Below are positions 26,137 to 34,929 of a DNA stretch of 38,462 nt, piece by piece. The first letter of the stretch is position 1, and each line of letters opens with the position of its first letter. The position numbers and the translations under genes are program-made. Below the pieces are notes generated by a model that had not been told where the DNA came from, did no database searches, and worked only from the letters and a program-made list of their open reading frames with translations. This DNA is from a virus (Duplodnaviria; Caudoviricetes), in the IMG/VR virus record IMGVR_UViG_3300020045_002418, positions 1-38,462 of that record. One strand, given 5' to 3'.

Positions 26137-26393
26137 GGTTTTAAATAAACAGGGTAAGCGTAGCAAGTGCCGCCGATACGCTTTGCTTCATCAATTGCAT
26201 CCTCTTCGGCGAAGTCTCCGCGTGCCACGCTTGACACGCCTTCGATCATCCAGCCGTAAGGATTTTGGTCTGGCGCATCGAGTGCAGCTTGCAGCTTAGC
26301 TCGGGCGACTGTTTCTTTGCGCCCTTGTTCTGTGAAAGTTCCCGTATGTGTTCCGTTTAGCGCACCGAGCGCATCGCGTAAAAGTTGCTTCAT
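26133..26393 (-). CDS. Hypothetical protein
   Basis: MKQLLRDALGAL...; overlaps neighbours. Confidence 0.6.
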   Translation of the reverse strand: MKQLLRDALGALNGTHTGTFTEQGRKETVARAKLQAALDAPDQNPYGWMIEGVSSVARGDFAEEDAIDEAKRIGGTCYAYPVYLKP

Positions 26394-26587
26394 AGTTTCC
26401 CTTTCGGCACGCACACAGCACGCAGACCCGGTGCAATGCGTCCAGCCTCAACAGATGCCCGCTGACAAGCATCGGCTGAATTAAACTCTTGCATAGCTAT
26501 GGCCCATCTGCGATATATGGAGGACGATGAGTGCTCTTCCAGGCTGCCTGCCGCCACTGCCCAAGACACAATGAGTATGTGAATCAT
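26390..26587 (-). CDS. Small protein with hydrophobic N-terminus and a Cys pair
   Basis: 'MIHILIVSWAV...QEFNSADACQRA...AVCVPK'. Confidence 0.65.
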   Translation of the reverse strand: MIHILIVSWAVAAGSLEEHSSSSIYRRWAIAMQEFNSADACQRASVEAGRIAPGLRAVCVPKGKL

Positions 26588-26721
26588 GTCAGCATCTCCA
26601 GCAGCGCCTCGGTCACGGCTTCTTTGTGCAGGTTCAGAATCTCAGTCCGGCCCCAGCCTGTCTTCGACTGGAGCTTCTGTGTGAACAACTCAGTAATGCG
26701 CTCGATCAGTTTTTTATTCAT
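26584..26721 (-). CDS. Small hypothetical protein (45 aa, not in ORF track)
   Basis: MNKKLIERITELFTQKLQSKTGWGRTEIL...; ATGA overlaps on both sides. Confidence 0.6.
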   Translation of the reverse strand: MNKKLIERITELFTQKLQSKTGWGRTEILNLHKEAVTEALLEMLT

Positions 26722-26852
26722 AATTTGCTCCAAAACACACTCGCTATGCCGATACATAAACAGGAAAATCCTAGGACACCTCGTACCGCTGGGGGAAGCT
26801 CATGAGAGATATACACAGCCCCAATGAGCATGAAATAGTCAGATGCACTCAT
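26718..26852 (-). CDS. Small membrane protein (44 aa, not in ORF track)
   Basis: MSASDYFMLIGAVYISHELPPAVRGVLGFSCLCIGIASVFWSKL*; ATGA overlaps. Confidence 0.55.
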   Translation of the reverse strand: MSASDYFMLIGAVYISHELPPAVRGVLGFSCLCIGIASVFWSKL

Positions 26853-27370
26853 GGCTTGATACCGTGATTGACTTCAAGGCAGACACCGTCGCACCCGTGA
26901 GTTTTGCAGCGTGCGTAGTCGCATTTTTCTGGGCCATGCTGAACTGCCACTTGCTGAGCACTCGATTTAAGTTGCATGATTTCAGTCAATTGATCTTCAC
27001 AGGTCTTGGTCAGTGCTTGCAGTAGATCGTAAAGATCATTGTCGGCTTCCAGCATGTCGGAAGCATCATCCACATCACTGTCATTGCAGTTGGTGTAATC
27101 ACGCAGCCGCTCAATCAGCGCCTCACGCTCAGAATCCAAAGGTTGCTTGGCTGGTGCAGGGCGGGCGACTCTCGCAACAATCTCGTGGAAAACTTCAGAC
27201 ACACGCATCCCTCTCTGTAAGTTCAACCAGTGCTCAAACTCTGTAGGCTCCACGCTCTGCGCTTCCTCGCGGGCGATTGCTTCGCGCATGAATTGTTCAT
27301 GTCCATAATGGCCGTCAGCTTCAAGCTTATCAGCCATCTGCTTCATCGCTTCAATTGTTTCTTTACTCAT
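26849..27370 (-). CDS. Hypothetical phage protein
   Basis: 173 aa mosaic-looking ORF with a Cys-rich C-terminus. Confidence 0.65.
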   Translation of the reverse strand: MSKETIEAMKQMADKLEADGHYGHEQFMREAIAREEAQSVEPTEFEHWLNLQRGMRVSEVFHEIVARVARPAPAKQPLDSEREALIERLRDYTNCNDSDVDDASDMLEADNDLYDLLQALTKTCEDQLTEIMQLKSSAQQVAVQHGPEKCDYARCKTHGCDGVCLEVNHGIKP

Positions 27371-27480
27371 TTCAAATCCCTACATACTGTGCAATTTCTT
27401 GCGGATAAAGGCCAGCGACACACATTGCATCGTGGTACTTCATGCCAAGCCTTAATTACTGCTCTTGATTTGGGGGTCAT
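27367..27480 (-). CDS. Tiny CxxC-CxxC zinc-finger protein (37 aa, not in ORF track)
   Basis: MTPKSRAVIKAWHEVPRCNVCRWPLSARNCTVCRDLK*; ATGA overlaps on both sides. Confidence 0.6.
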   Translation of the reverse strand: MTPKSRAVIKAWHEVPRCNVCRWPLSARNCTVCRDLK

Positions 27481-27920
27481 TTCAAACCCGCTTTCTTCAG
27501 TGCTGTAACGGCATATTCAGCCTCTGCTGAAATCCACGTATCTGGGTGAACGTATATATCTGGAGAGTAACCAAGGTAATCCAGCGCCTCAAGTGCCAAC
27601 TTCGCAGCAGCCATCAGCCTGTCGTGATCCGCTTTCAAGGCATCAAACCAGTTGCTAAGGTCTTTGTTTGCCAGCTCAAGCGCATCACGCTCTTCCCGCA
27701 TATCCAAAAATGCAATGGTGTTTGACTCTTGATTTTTAACCAGTCCAGCGTTGTCTGAAAGTAGTTTTTTACGCTCACCGCATGCAAACTCATATCTCGC
27801 ATTCCAGACAAACGATTCTGCACTGCATTCGTCGCGCTCAGTGGTCAGGGCATCACAATAAACCTCCAGCTCGCGTGTATAGGCCACATGGCTGGCGTAA
27901 TCTTTTTCTTGTGGCCTCAT
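27477..27920 (-). CDS. Coiled-coil hypothetical protein
   Basis: 'RPQEKDYASHVAYTRELEVYCD' then heptad-like repeats. Confidence 0.65.
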   Translation of the reverse strand: MRPQEKDYASHVAYTRELEVYCDALTTERDECSAESFVWNARYEFACGERKKLLSDNAGLVKNQESNTIAFLDMREERDALELANKDLSNWFDALKADHDRLMAAAKLALEALDYLGYSPDIYVHPDTWISAEAEYAVTALKKAGLK

Positions 27921-28084
27921 AAACTAAACCCCATGTAATAAGCCAAAGAAGCCGTGATACACATAGCGCCAGCGACTGCCAGAACTAGGTCGATCAAGAT
28001 GCCGGTGATTAGTCCGGTTTCTTGCTTATCGATGTCGCAAACGCAGTCTCGACCTTGGTTGCATTTGTTGTTACAGCCGTTCAT
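27917..28084 (-). CDS. Small membrane protein with a CNQGRDC motif (55 aa, not in ORF track)
   Basis: MNGCNNKCNQGRDCVCD... plus a C-terminal TM helix; RBS aagga; promoter at 28119-28129. Confidence 0.7.
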   Translation of the reverse strand: MNGCNNKCNQGRDCVCDIDKQETGLITGILIDLVLAVAGAMCITASLAYYMGFSL

Positions 28085-28150
28085 TTTGTGATCCTTAATT
28101 GTTGATTGTTGAGTCTTTATTGTAGCGCAGTATTAGTGCGCTACGTTGTT

Positions 28151-28333
28151 TTAATTTGCTTCGGCGTAAGCGACTGCCGCTTTTTTTGACTTAAAGCACA
28201 GTCCACGATTAGCGCCTACTTTCATGCAACCCAATTCGCCAGCGAAGATTTTTTCAATGTTGTAGCCATTAACAATGTAGTCTGCTTGAACTTTAGCGTT
28301 TGCGATGCTGTTGTTTGTGAGATTAAAAGACAT
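28151..28333 (-). CDS. Hypothetical protein
   Basis: 60 aa, strong RBS, own promoter at 28368-28378. Confidence 0.65.
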   Translation of the reverse strand: MSFNLTNNSIANAKVQADYIVNGYNIEKIFAGELGCMKVGANRGLCFKSKKAAVAYAEAN

Positions 28334-28382
28334 TTCGTTTTCCTTGTTTACCGTGTTGATGTGATCTATTGTGCCACAACAA

Positions 28383-28745
28383 TTAAGGTTTTTCAGTCAA
28401 TCTCAAACTTTCTTTGTACTTATTTAAAAGCTCAATTCCTTTGGCTTCAGTGTCGGCTCTACCTATAAATTTTTTACCGAATGTTACCTGCCATACTTTT
28501 TTTGCTTCAGATCGATATTGCTCGGTGACGCTACCAAATGCCGTTTTGCGCCGTGGTCCAGTTTTAAAATCAAGTTCTGTAAATCTGGTGCCGCAATAGT
28601 CGTTAAGGCATTGGATAAAAAACAATGATGGCTGTCGCTTGATGTTTATCATTGCCCATATATAAGCCTCACAAAATCCTATATGGTTTGCACAATCTCG
28701 CAAAGAGCCGTAGCCCTTTGCTTTGAAAAACTCTTTAGGTGTCAT
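28383..28745 (-). CDS. Putative transcription regulator (Cro-like HTH plus AP2-like C-terminus)
   Basis: 'GSLRDCANHIGFCEAYIWAMINIKRQPS' HTH; 'KKVWQVTFGKKFIGRADTEAKG' is AP2-like. Confidence 0.55.
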   Translation of the reverse strand: MTPKEFFKAKGYGSLRDCANHIGFCEAYIWAMINIKRQPSLFFIQCLNDYCGTRFTELDFKTGPRRKTAFGSVTEQYRSEAKKVWQVTFGKKFIGRADTEAKGIELLNKYKESLRLTEKP

Positions 28746-29095
28746 CGCGCGTCTTTGTGAGGGCGTGGCTTTGTTTTTTTTCCGTAGTCTGGGTCGCCGT
28801 GATGACCGCCCATAAGGTTGATAAACGGCGCAAAATCACGCGTAAACATATCACCTGATAGTTTGAATGCCTGACTATGTGCGTGGCCAGAAACAACCTG
28901 CAAGGCTGCTTTAATAGCGCACAATGCCTCACGTAGTTTTTCGCTTTCATCAAACAGTTCTTTGACCTCTTCCTCAAGTTCAAAGATTTGATCGGCGCGC
29001 TCTCCTAATTCCAATTCAGCCCAGATCAGCATCTTTTTAGCTGGTCCGTCTTCCATTGCTGCCGCCGTATCGCGCATCTCTTGAATCACTGACAT
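28742..29095 (-). CDS. Coiled-coil hypothetical protein
   Basis: Start ATG 29095 (MSVIQEMRD...) after RBS aaagga and the promoter at 29122-29132. Confidence 0.65.
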   Translation of the reverse strand: MSVIQEMRDTAAAMEDGPAKKMLIWAELELGERADQIFELEEEVKELFDESEKLREALCAIKAALQVVSGHAHSQAFKLSGDMFTRDFAPFINLMGGHHGDPDYGKKTKPRPHKDAR

Positions 29096-29222
29096 TTCGT
29101 TTCCTTTGTTGTTGAGCCTTAATTGTGCCACACAATACCGCCGAAAAGAAACAATTTTAAATTTATTTTCACCATGCTTTCACGCCTAAAATTAGCGTTT
29201 TTCAACACCTTACAAGGCAACC

Positions 29223-29525
29223 ATGACACACCACGAAACAAGCAAAGCCCTAGCCATCGCCATCGGCTGGTCCCCATTCCATATCCATGACTACATCGAC
29301 AAGTCTGGAGAGCACAATATTAACTGTCTGGTGGATGGTGAATGGAAGCCATTCGACTACCGTGACCCGCTGGTGATCTGGCCCATTGCCAAGCGTTTTA
29401 ACTGCTTTCCGTGGCGTGATTCTATGGGCTACTGGTGGGCAAACGTAGGCGACAAGGCAGAAGAGCATTCACACTCGGCTGAGTTGGCCGTGGCGCTGGC
29501 GGTGATTGGGTCCATGAAGCTATGA
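29223..29525 (+). CDS. Hypothetical protein, possibly NinX-related
   Basis: 'SKALAIAIGW...FDYRDPLVIWPIAKRFNCFP...ELAVALAVI'. Confidence 0.65.
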   Translation: MTHHETSKALAIAIGWSPFHIHDYIDKSGEHNINCLVDGEWKPFDYRDPLVIWPIAKRFNCFPWRDSMGYWWANVGDKAEEHSHSAELAVALAVIGSMKL

Positions 29526-31579
29526 GCAGTCTAAAAAGCATCTTCCCAAATGGCTTTCCAGTCCAGATAGATACGCCAGTATTACCGCCAGAACATCAGC
29601 TGCGGGTGCACATGTCTGAAAACTGCATCCAAGCGCCTGACGACATCGTTTGTGATGGGAAGTTACACCGCTTCGCCACGGGGTCAAAGAAGGGTGATTT
29701 AAGCGGCTGGTATGTCTTGCATGATGGCAAGGTTCCGGCGGGGGTTTACGGCGATTGGAAGACGGGGGAAGAGTACCAATTCAGGGCAAACATCGGGCGT
29801 GAGTTGACGTTTCAGGAAAACATCGCACACGTCAAGCAAATTAATGAATTAAAGTTAAAACGTGAAAAGGAACTGTCAGACTCTCGGGAATATGCAGCTT
29901 ACACCGCCGCAAAGATTTGGGACGCGGCGCAGTTGGCCAGCGACGATCACCCGTACATCAAGCGCAAGGGGGTAAGTAATCCCGGCTGGCGCATTGCACC
30001 GGACGGGCGTTTGATAGCTCCAATGCTGATTGATGGCGACATTAGCGGGTTGCAGTACATCAGTGACGATGGCACCAAGATGTTCATGAAGGGCTCTAAG
30101 ACTGGCGGTGCTTCGTGGCATCTAGGGGCTGTTGAGGCCACCGGCGAAGGTCGCATATATATATGCGAGGGTATCGCCACTGGTGCGTCTATCTTTGAAG
30201 CCACCGGTAATAGCGTTGTAATTAGCTTTTCAGCGGGCAACATGGCAGCGACTGCACAGGCTTTGCGCCATAAGGTCGGGCCACTACGTGAGATTGTGAT
30301 TGTTGCTGATAACGATGATACTGGGGTTGGGTTAAAAGAGGCCACCAAGGCTGCTAACTTGATAGCGGCAATGGTTTGTATGCCGCCAATGTTAGGGGAT
30401 GCAAACGACTATGCGCAGGCTGGGCATGATTTGGGGGAGTTGTTGGAGCCTTGCGTGATTGATGGTGAAGATGATTACTTAGTTCACGCTGACGAATTCA
30501 GCGCACAGCCTGCACCTATTAAGTGGCTGATTAAGGGATGGTTGCAGGACTTGGGATTATCAATGGTTCACGGACCATCGGGCGGTGGAAAGACGTTTGT
30601 CGTGTTGGATTGGTGCCTTCATATCGCCAGTGACAAGCAACTATGGGCCGGACTAAAGGTTAAAAATGGTGATGTTGTGTATCTTGCTGGCGAGGGCCAC
30701 CACGGATTAAAAGGCAGGGTTGCAGCATGGAAACACGCGCACGGGGTTAATAAGCTCAATATGTGGCTTTCTAAGGCGGGGGTTGATCTGAACACGTCAG
30801 CCGGGTATTTGCGCGTTAAGAAGGCCATTGATGCGTTGCCGGGTAAGCCAAAACTCATCGTCGTTGACACTTTGCACCGTTTTTTAAGTGGTGACGAAAA
30901 CAGCTCAGAGGATGCAAAAACCATGCTGGACGCTTGCTCTGGGCTTATGCGTGAGTATGAATGCTCTGTTTTATTGGTCCACCATACCGGGGTTTCAGAG
31001 GAAACACAGCACCGGGCGCGTGGGTCAAGTGCTTGGAAAGGTGCGCTAGAAAATGAAATTAGCATCGTTCCGGCCAAAGAAAAGAAGCCATTAGAGATTG
31101 CAGCGCGTAAAACAAAGGACGCTGAAATGCCTCAAAGCATCTTTGCGCAGCTTTCAAGCGTCGAGATACCGGGTTGGATTGACGAAGATGGTGAGCAAGT
31201 AACCAGTGCCATTGTGTCTATTTGTGATGCTCCAATTGATTCAAAAACAGGAAAATTTGAGTTGCCAAACATTCAGGATGGCTTGCTTGAGTGGCTTGAA
31301 AAGCTCTGGGAATCTTCAGGTGGCGAGGTTATAAATGGTCTGCCATACATCACAACTAGCGTTTTAAGGGATGCTTTTCAGGATGGATTTGGTGGACGTG
31401 CAAAGGTAAAAGACGGTAAAAAAATGACGGATTTGGGCAACAATAGGGGACTTACAACGGATGCTATGAAGCCATATGTAATGAAAATTGAGCACGGATG
31501 GTGTCTAACTTACCCGCATGAATACGTCAGTCAGAGGATTGGTGATGAAGCTACCAAAAACCTGCTTGGGGGTCTATAA
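29522..31579 (+). CDS. Primase-helicase (TOPRIM plus AAA_25/RepA-type helicase)
   Basis: 'GWYVLH', 'HPYIKRKG', 'ICEGIATG', 'VADND', Walker A 'GPSGGGKT', 'YLAGEG', 'VVDTL', 'VHHTG', 'RGSSA'. Confidence 0.92.
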   Translation: MSSLKSIFPNGFPVQIDTPVLPPEHQLRVHMSENCIQAPDDIVCDGKLHRFATGSKKGDLSGWYVLHDGKVPAGVYGDWKTGEEYQFRANIGRELTFQENIAHVKQINELKLKREKELSDSREYAAYTAAKIWDAAQLASDDHPYIKRKGVSNPGWRIAPDGRLIAPMLIDGDISGLQYISDDGTKMFMKGSKTGGASWHLGAVEATGEGRIYICEGIATGASIFEATGNSVVISFSAGNMAATAQALRHKVGPLREIVIVADNDDTGVGLKEATKAANLIAAMVCMPPMLGDANDYAQAGHDLGELLEPCVIDGEDDYLVHADEFSAQPAPIKWLIKGWLQDLGLSMVHGPSGGGKTFVVLDWCLHIASDKQLWAGLKVKNGDVVYLAGEGHHGLKGRVAAWKHAHGVNKLNMWLSKAGVDLNTSAGYLRVKKAIDALPGKPKLIVVDTLHRFLSGDENSSEDAKTMLDACSGLMREYECSVLLVHHTGVSEETQHRARGSSAWKGALENEISIVPAKEKKPLEIAARKTKDAEMPQSIFAQLSSVEIPGWIDEDGEQVTSAIVSICDAPIDSKTGKFELPNIQDGLLEWLEKLWESSGGEVINGLPYITTSVLRDAFQDGFGGRAKVKDGKKMTDLGNNRGLTTDAMKPYVMKIEHGWCLTYPHEYVSQRIGDEATKNLLGGL

Positions 31580-31750
31580 ATATCATGATTAAAATAAAAA
31601 CCCCCAAGGCGACCCCCGTAAAAACAGTTAAAACCCCCGCTTTTATGGGGTATTGGGGGTCTTTGGGGGTCGCCTTGGGGGTCTCGGGGGGAAATAGATA
31701 GAGTAAGACCCCCAAGACCCCCCACCCCTTTAGGGGGGGGTAAAGGGTGG
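31566..31750. repeat. Iteron/inverted-repeat cluster, probable replication origin
   Basis: TTGGGGGTC at 31566, 31653, 31663 and 31675; inverse copies at 31600, 31611, 31707 and 31716. Perfect 18-bp inverted repeat 31600-31617/31665-31682. Directly after the primase; AT-rich flank. Confidence 0.7.
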
Positions 31751-31887
31751 TCTCTCTTTCTGCGAATTGCGTAGCATGAACCATGCCAACTATTGATGCA
31801 AATTGAATTTATTTTTAGCATTGAAATTTGTAGCTCATAAATGTTTAAATTTGAGCTACAATAAAACACCAACTTAAAAGGATGAAA

Positions 31888-32259
31888 ATGGAAATCAAAA
31901 AAACAGAGTTCCCGGTAACAGCCTCCGAGTTCATGGCGTTTATTGAGCCTGACATTAGATTGTGGGACGTGTCTATTTGCGAATCACTCAAAGGTGATGA
32001 AAAAGAATACCGGGTTAAATTTTGGCTAAAGACAAGCGATGGGGTTGAAGCCTATGTTGCTCACGAATATGGAAACATGCTTGTAACCATTGCTGGTGAT
32101 TATTGGTTTTACCTTGATCGCGTCAATGAAGACAAAAAAACAGGATGGTCGTGGTTTCAGCAACTTCAGGAAAAAAGCTGGATTAAAGATCATCACTTAG
32201 ATTTAATCAAAGAACTTGAAAGAGTTTTCGCAAATTGCATTGCGTATGATGTAAAATAA
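31888..32259 (+). CDS. Hypothetical protein
   Basis: AT-rich ORF with its own motif promoter (31852) and RBS aagga; start at 31882 or 31888. Confidence 0.65.
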   Translation: MEIKKTEFPVTASEFMAFIEPDIRLWDVSICESLKGDEKEYRVKFWLKTSDGVEAYVAHEYGNMLVTIAGDYWFYLDRVNEDKKTGWSWFQQLQEKSWIKDHHLDLIKELERVFANCIAYDVK

Positions 32260-32369
32260 TCATCAACCGCTTGATTGGTTATCCTACCAAGTTGAGGGCC
32301 TGCTCCGGGCCAGACCTATACAAGCGGATGCCCGGAAAACTTTTTTATCAACACATTAAATGTCAAGAC

Positions 32370-32648
32370 ATGAAGATTACGGCACAGCAATTGCTTAATA
32401 AGGCAGCTACGATTCAAGACCAACGCGGCAAGCAATATGACCAATCTGGCGGTGAGCGCTCAATGGGCAAGGTTGTTTCCATGTTCAACACGGTTAAAGG
32501 CTCAGAGGTTTTGACAGAGGCTGACGGATGGTTGATTCAAACCATGCTTAAGATCGTCAGGGGTGAGGCAAACGGTCCGCATGAGGACTCGTGCCTTGAT
32601 CTGGTTAGCTACGCATCACTTTATGGTGAAACGCGCTTGAAGATGTAA
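32370..32648 (+). CDS. DUF6378-like protein (nucleotide-associated, function unknown)
   Basis: Start probably ATG 32370; 'AATIQDQRGKQYD...GERSM...LKIVR...HEDSCLDLVSYASLYGE'. Confidence 0.75.
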   Translation: MKITAQQLLNKAATIQDQRGKQYDQSGGERSMGKVVSMFNTVKGSEVLTEADGWLIQTMLKIVRGEANGPHEDSCLDLVSYASLYGETRLKM

Positions 32649-32657
32649 AATAAAGCC

Positions 32658-33095
32658 ATGACTAAGCCACTGACACCAAAACAAGAAGCATTCGCGCAGG
32701 CGGTGGCTAGTGGCTTAACTCAGTCTGATGCTTATCGAAAGGCTTATACGGTTGGGGTTAATACTAAGCCTGAGACTATTAATCAAACGTCATGCCGGTT
32801 GATGGCTGACCCCAATATTTGCGCAAGGGTCGATATTCTCAAAGGTGAACTAAGCAAGAAGGGCCTCTGGAGCCGCGAGGACAGTGTTAGGGCGCTTTTA
32901 TCTGTGTTGGATGACCCAGACAAGAAGACCGACATTATCGCGGCTGTAAAGGAGCTTAATTCGATGCACGGGTTTAATGAGCCCCAAAAGGTTGACCACA
33001 CATCAAGCGACAATTCAATGAGTCCGAAACCCGCTATTGAGCTAGATGCGAAGATGGTAAAAAGCATCCTAGAAAAAATAAGTGCTGACATCTAG
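32658..33095 (+). CDS. Terminase small subunit
   Basis: 'LTPKQEAFAQAVASGLTQSDAYRKAY' HTH; immediately upstream of the large subunit. Confidence 0.88.
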   Translation: MTKPLTPKQEAFAQAVASGLTQSDAYRKAYTVGVNTKPETINQTSCRLMADPNICARVDILKGELSKKGLWSREDSVRALLSVLDDPDKKTDIIAAVKELNSMHGFNEPQKVDHTSSDNSMSPKPAIELDAKMVKSILEKISADI

Positions 33096-34518
33096 CGAGA
33101 AGGCGGCTGTTAAAGCGGCCATGCAGGTTGATCACTTATTCTTTGCGCGTTACTTCTTCAGAATCCGAGAAGGTGTCAAATTTCGCATTAACTGGCACCA
33201 CAAGGCTATTGCTGACGCTTTGCAATTGGTCATGGATGGCAAGACTAAGCGCCTGATTATCAACGTTCCACCGGGTAGCTCTAAGACTGAGCTAGCCGTT
33301 ATAAACTTTATGGCGCGTGGCTTGGCATTTAATCCACGGGCTAGATTCTTGCATCTTAGCTACAGCTCTGAGCTGGCTGAGTTAAATTCAGCTAAAGCCA
33401 AAGAACTAATCACATCGGCAGAATTTCAAGAGCTATTCCCGCTACCTATTAAGTCTGACTCTAACGCCCGTGGTCGCTGGAACGTGGTCGATAGTGACGG
33501 GATCTCAATTGGCGGGTGTTATGCCACGTCAACGCTCGGGCAGGTTACTGGCTTTCGTGCTGGACACATGGCCAAAGGGTTTCAGGGTGCCATCATCATC
33601 GATGACCCTTTGAAGCCCGCTGACAGCCTTTCTAAGACCAAGCGCGATGCCGTCAACAATGCCTACATTAACACGGTGCAAAGCCGTAAGGCGTCACCTG
33701 ATACGCCAGTTATTGTCATCATGCAGCGCCTTGCTGACGAAGACCTTACCGGGTTTCTTTTGAAGGGCGGTGATGGATATGAGTGGACGCACATCAAGAT
33801 ACCGGCCATTGCTGACTACAAAAGCTACTGGCCTGAAAAGGAGCCATTGGAAAGCCTTTTACAGCTTAAAGAAAAAGGCAATTTCACATTTGAGGGTCAA
33901 TATCAGCAAGAGCCGTATATCTTAGGCGGTGAGCTGATCAAGGGTGAGTGGTTCAAACGGTACACCGAGTTGCCAGGTTGGCGTGAATTTAGCCGCCGCG
34001 CAGTGTTCGCTGATACAGCTATGAAGACGGGCGAGAATAACGATTACACGGTGTTTATTGATGCCGTATTGCTTCGCACTGGTCAGGTGTACATTTTGAA
34101 CCTATGGCGTAAGAAGGTTGACGCCGTGGGGCTGTTGATTATGGCTAAGGACATTTGGGCCAGCGTATCAGTCAACAACGGGCGCGAAGCATTGCCACCT
34201 GCAAGCGGGTTCTACATTGAGGATAAAGCCTCAGGGACTGGTCTAATTCAGCAGCTAAAGCATGAACAAGGCTTTATCCCTGTCATGCCAGTACAGCGCA
34301 CAAAAGACAAGCTAACCCGCGTGATGGAGATTCAGCCGCGTATTGAGTCAGGCGGCGTGTACATTCCTGAGTCAGCGCCGTGGGTTGTTGACTTTTTGAG
34401 TGAGTGCGAGGCGTTTACGGCAAATGACAGCCATAAGCACGACGACCAGATAGACCCACTGGTGGATGCTGTTAATGTGCTTATGGGTAGCAACTTTGAT
34501 TTATCAGCGTTATTGTGA
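33082..34518 (+). CDS. Terminase large subunit
   Basis: 'INVPPGSSKT', 'IIIDDP', 'IMQRL', 'QYQQEP', nuclease motifs 'ADTA', 'IEDKASG', 'HDDQIDP'. Confidence 0.95.
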   Translation: MLTSSEKAAVKAAMQVDHLFFARYFFRIREGVKFRINWHHKAIADALQLVMDGKTKRLIINVPPGSSKTELAVINFMARGLAFNPRARFLHLSYSSELAELNSAKAKELITSAEFQELFPLPIKSDSNARGRWNVVDSDGISIGGCYATSTLGQVTGFRAGHMAKGFQGAIIIDDPLKPADSLSKTKRDAVNNAYINTVQSRKASPDTPVIVIMQRLADEDLTGFLLKGGDGYEWTHIKIPAIADYKSYWPEKEPLESLLQLKEKGNFTFEGQYQQEPYILGGELIKGEWFKRYTELPGWREFSRRAVFADTAMKTGENNDYTVFIDAVLLRTGQVYILNLWRKKVDAVGLLIMAKDIWASVSVNNGREALPPASGFYIEDKASGTGLIQQLKHEQGFIPVMPVQRTKDKLTRVMEIQPRIESGGVYIPESAPWVVDFLSECEAFTANDSHKHDDQIDPLVDAVNVLMGSNFDLSALL

Positions 34519-34519
34519 T

Positions 34520-34870
34520 TTAAATTGGCGCTTTAGGTAATGGCATCCAGTGGGTTACATCGTCAACGTATGACCCGTATTCCTCATCTTGATTCGCAGG
34601 CATCCATCCTTTTTTGCTGCTGTCCGAATACCATTGATTCCAATGACACGCTTCCATTACTCCTTGTGATGTAGATGAAATTAATATACTTCCATTAATC
34701 GGAGCCGTCTCAATCGGTTGCCAGCCTTCATGTTTCTTTAGCTCAGGGATGATGTCATCTCGCAAAGTGGCAAACATCTGGTACACGACGTCAGGCATTT
34801 CTTTGCCAATGTAGTATTTATGCACTGCGCTTCTCGCATCAATTGCCAGTTGCATTATGGTTTGTGTCAT
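34520..34870 (-). CDS. DUF551-domain protein
   Basis: 'WQPIETAP...VTHWMPLPKAP'. Confidence 0.8.
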   Translation of the reverse strand: MTQTIMQLAIDARSAVHKYYIGKEMPDVVYQMFATLRDDIIPELKKHEGWQPIETAPINGSILISSTSQGVMEACHWNQWYSDSSKKGWMPANQDEEYGSYVDDVTHWMPLPKAPI

Positions 34871-34905
34871 GATCTTTATCCTTTTTTGTGAATGATTGTC
34901 GTAGA

Positions 34906-34925
34906 TAAAAAGCCCCGTAGGGCTT
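34906..34925 (-). terminator. Intrinsic terminator
   Basis: Minus strand AAGCCC-TACG-GGGCTT followed by a T run. Confidence 0.6.
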
Positions 34926-34929
34926 AATT

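Noticed and set aside
31531-31872. Minus-strand ORFs 31531-31872 and 31551-31784
   Set aside because: Pro/Gly-rich translations of the iteron repeats; not credible proteins.
13757-32648. Hypermodified-base pathway (dZ or 7-deazaguanine) suggested by the MazG-like and DUF6378-like genes
   Set aside because: No purZ, dpdA, folE/queCDE or phage DNA polymerase in the window.
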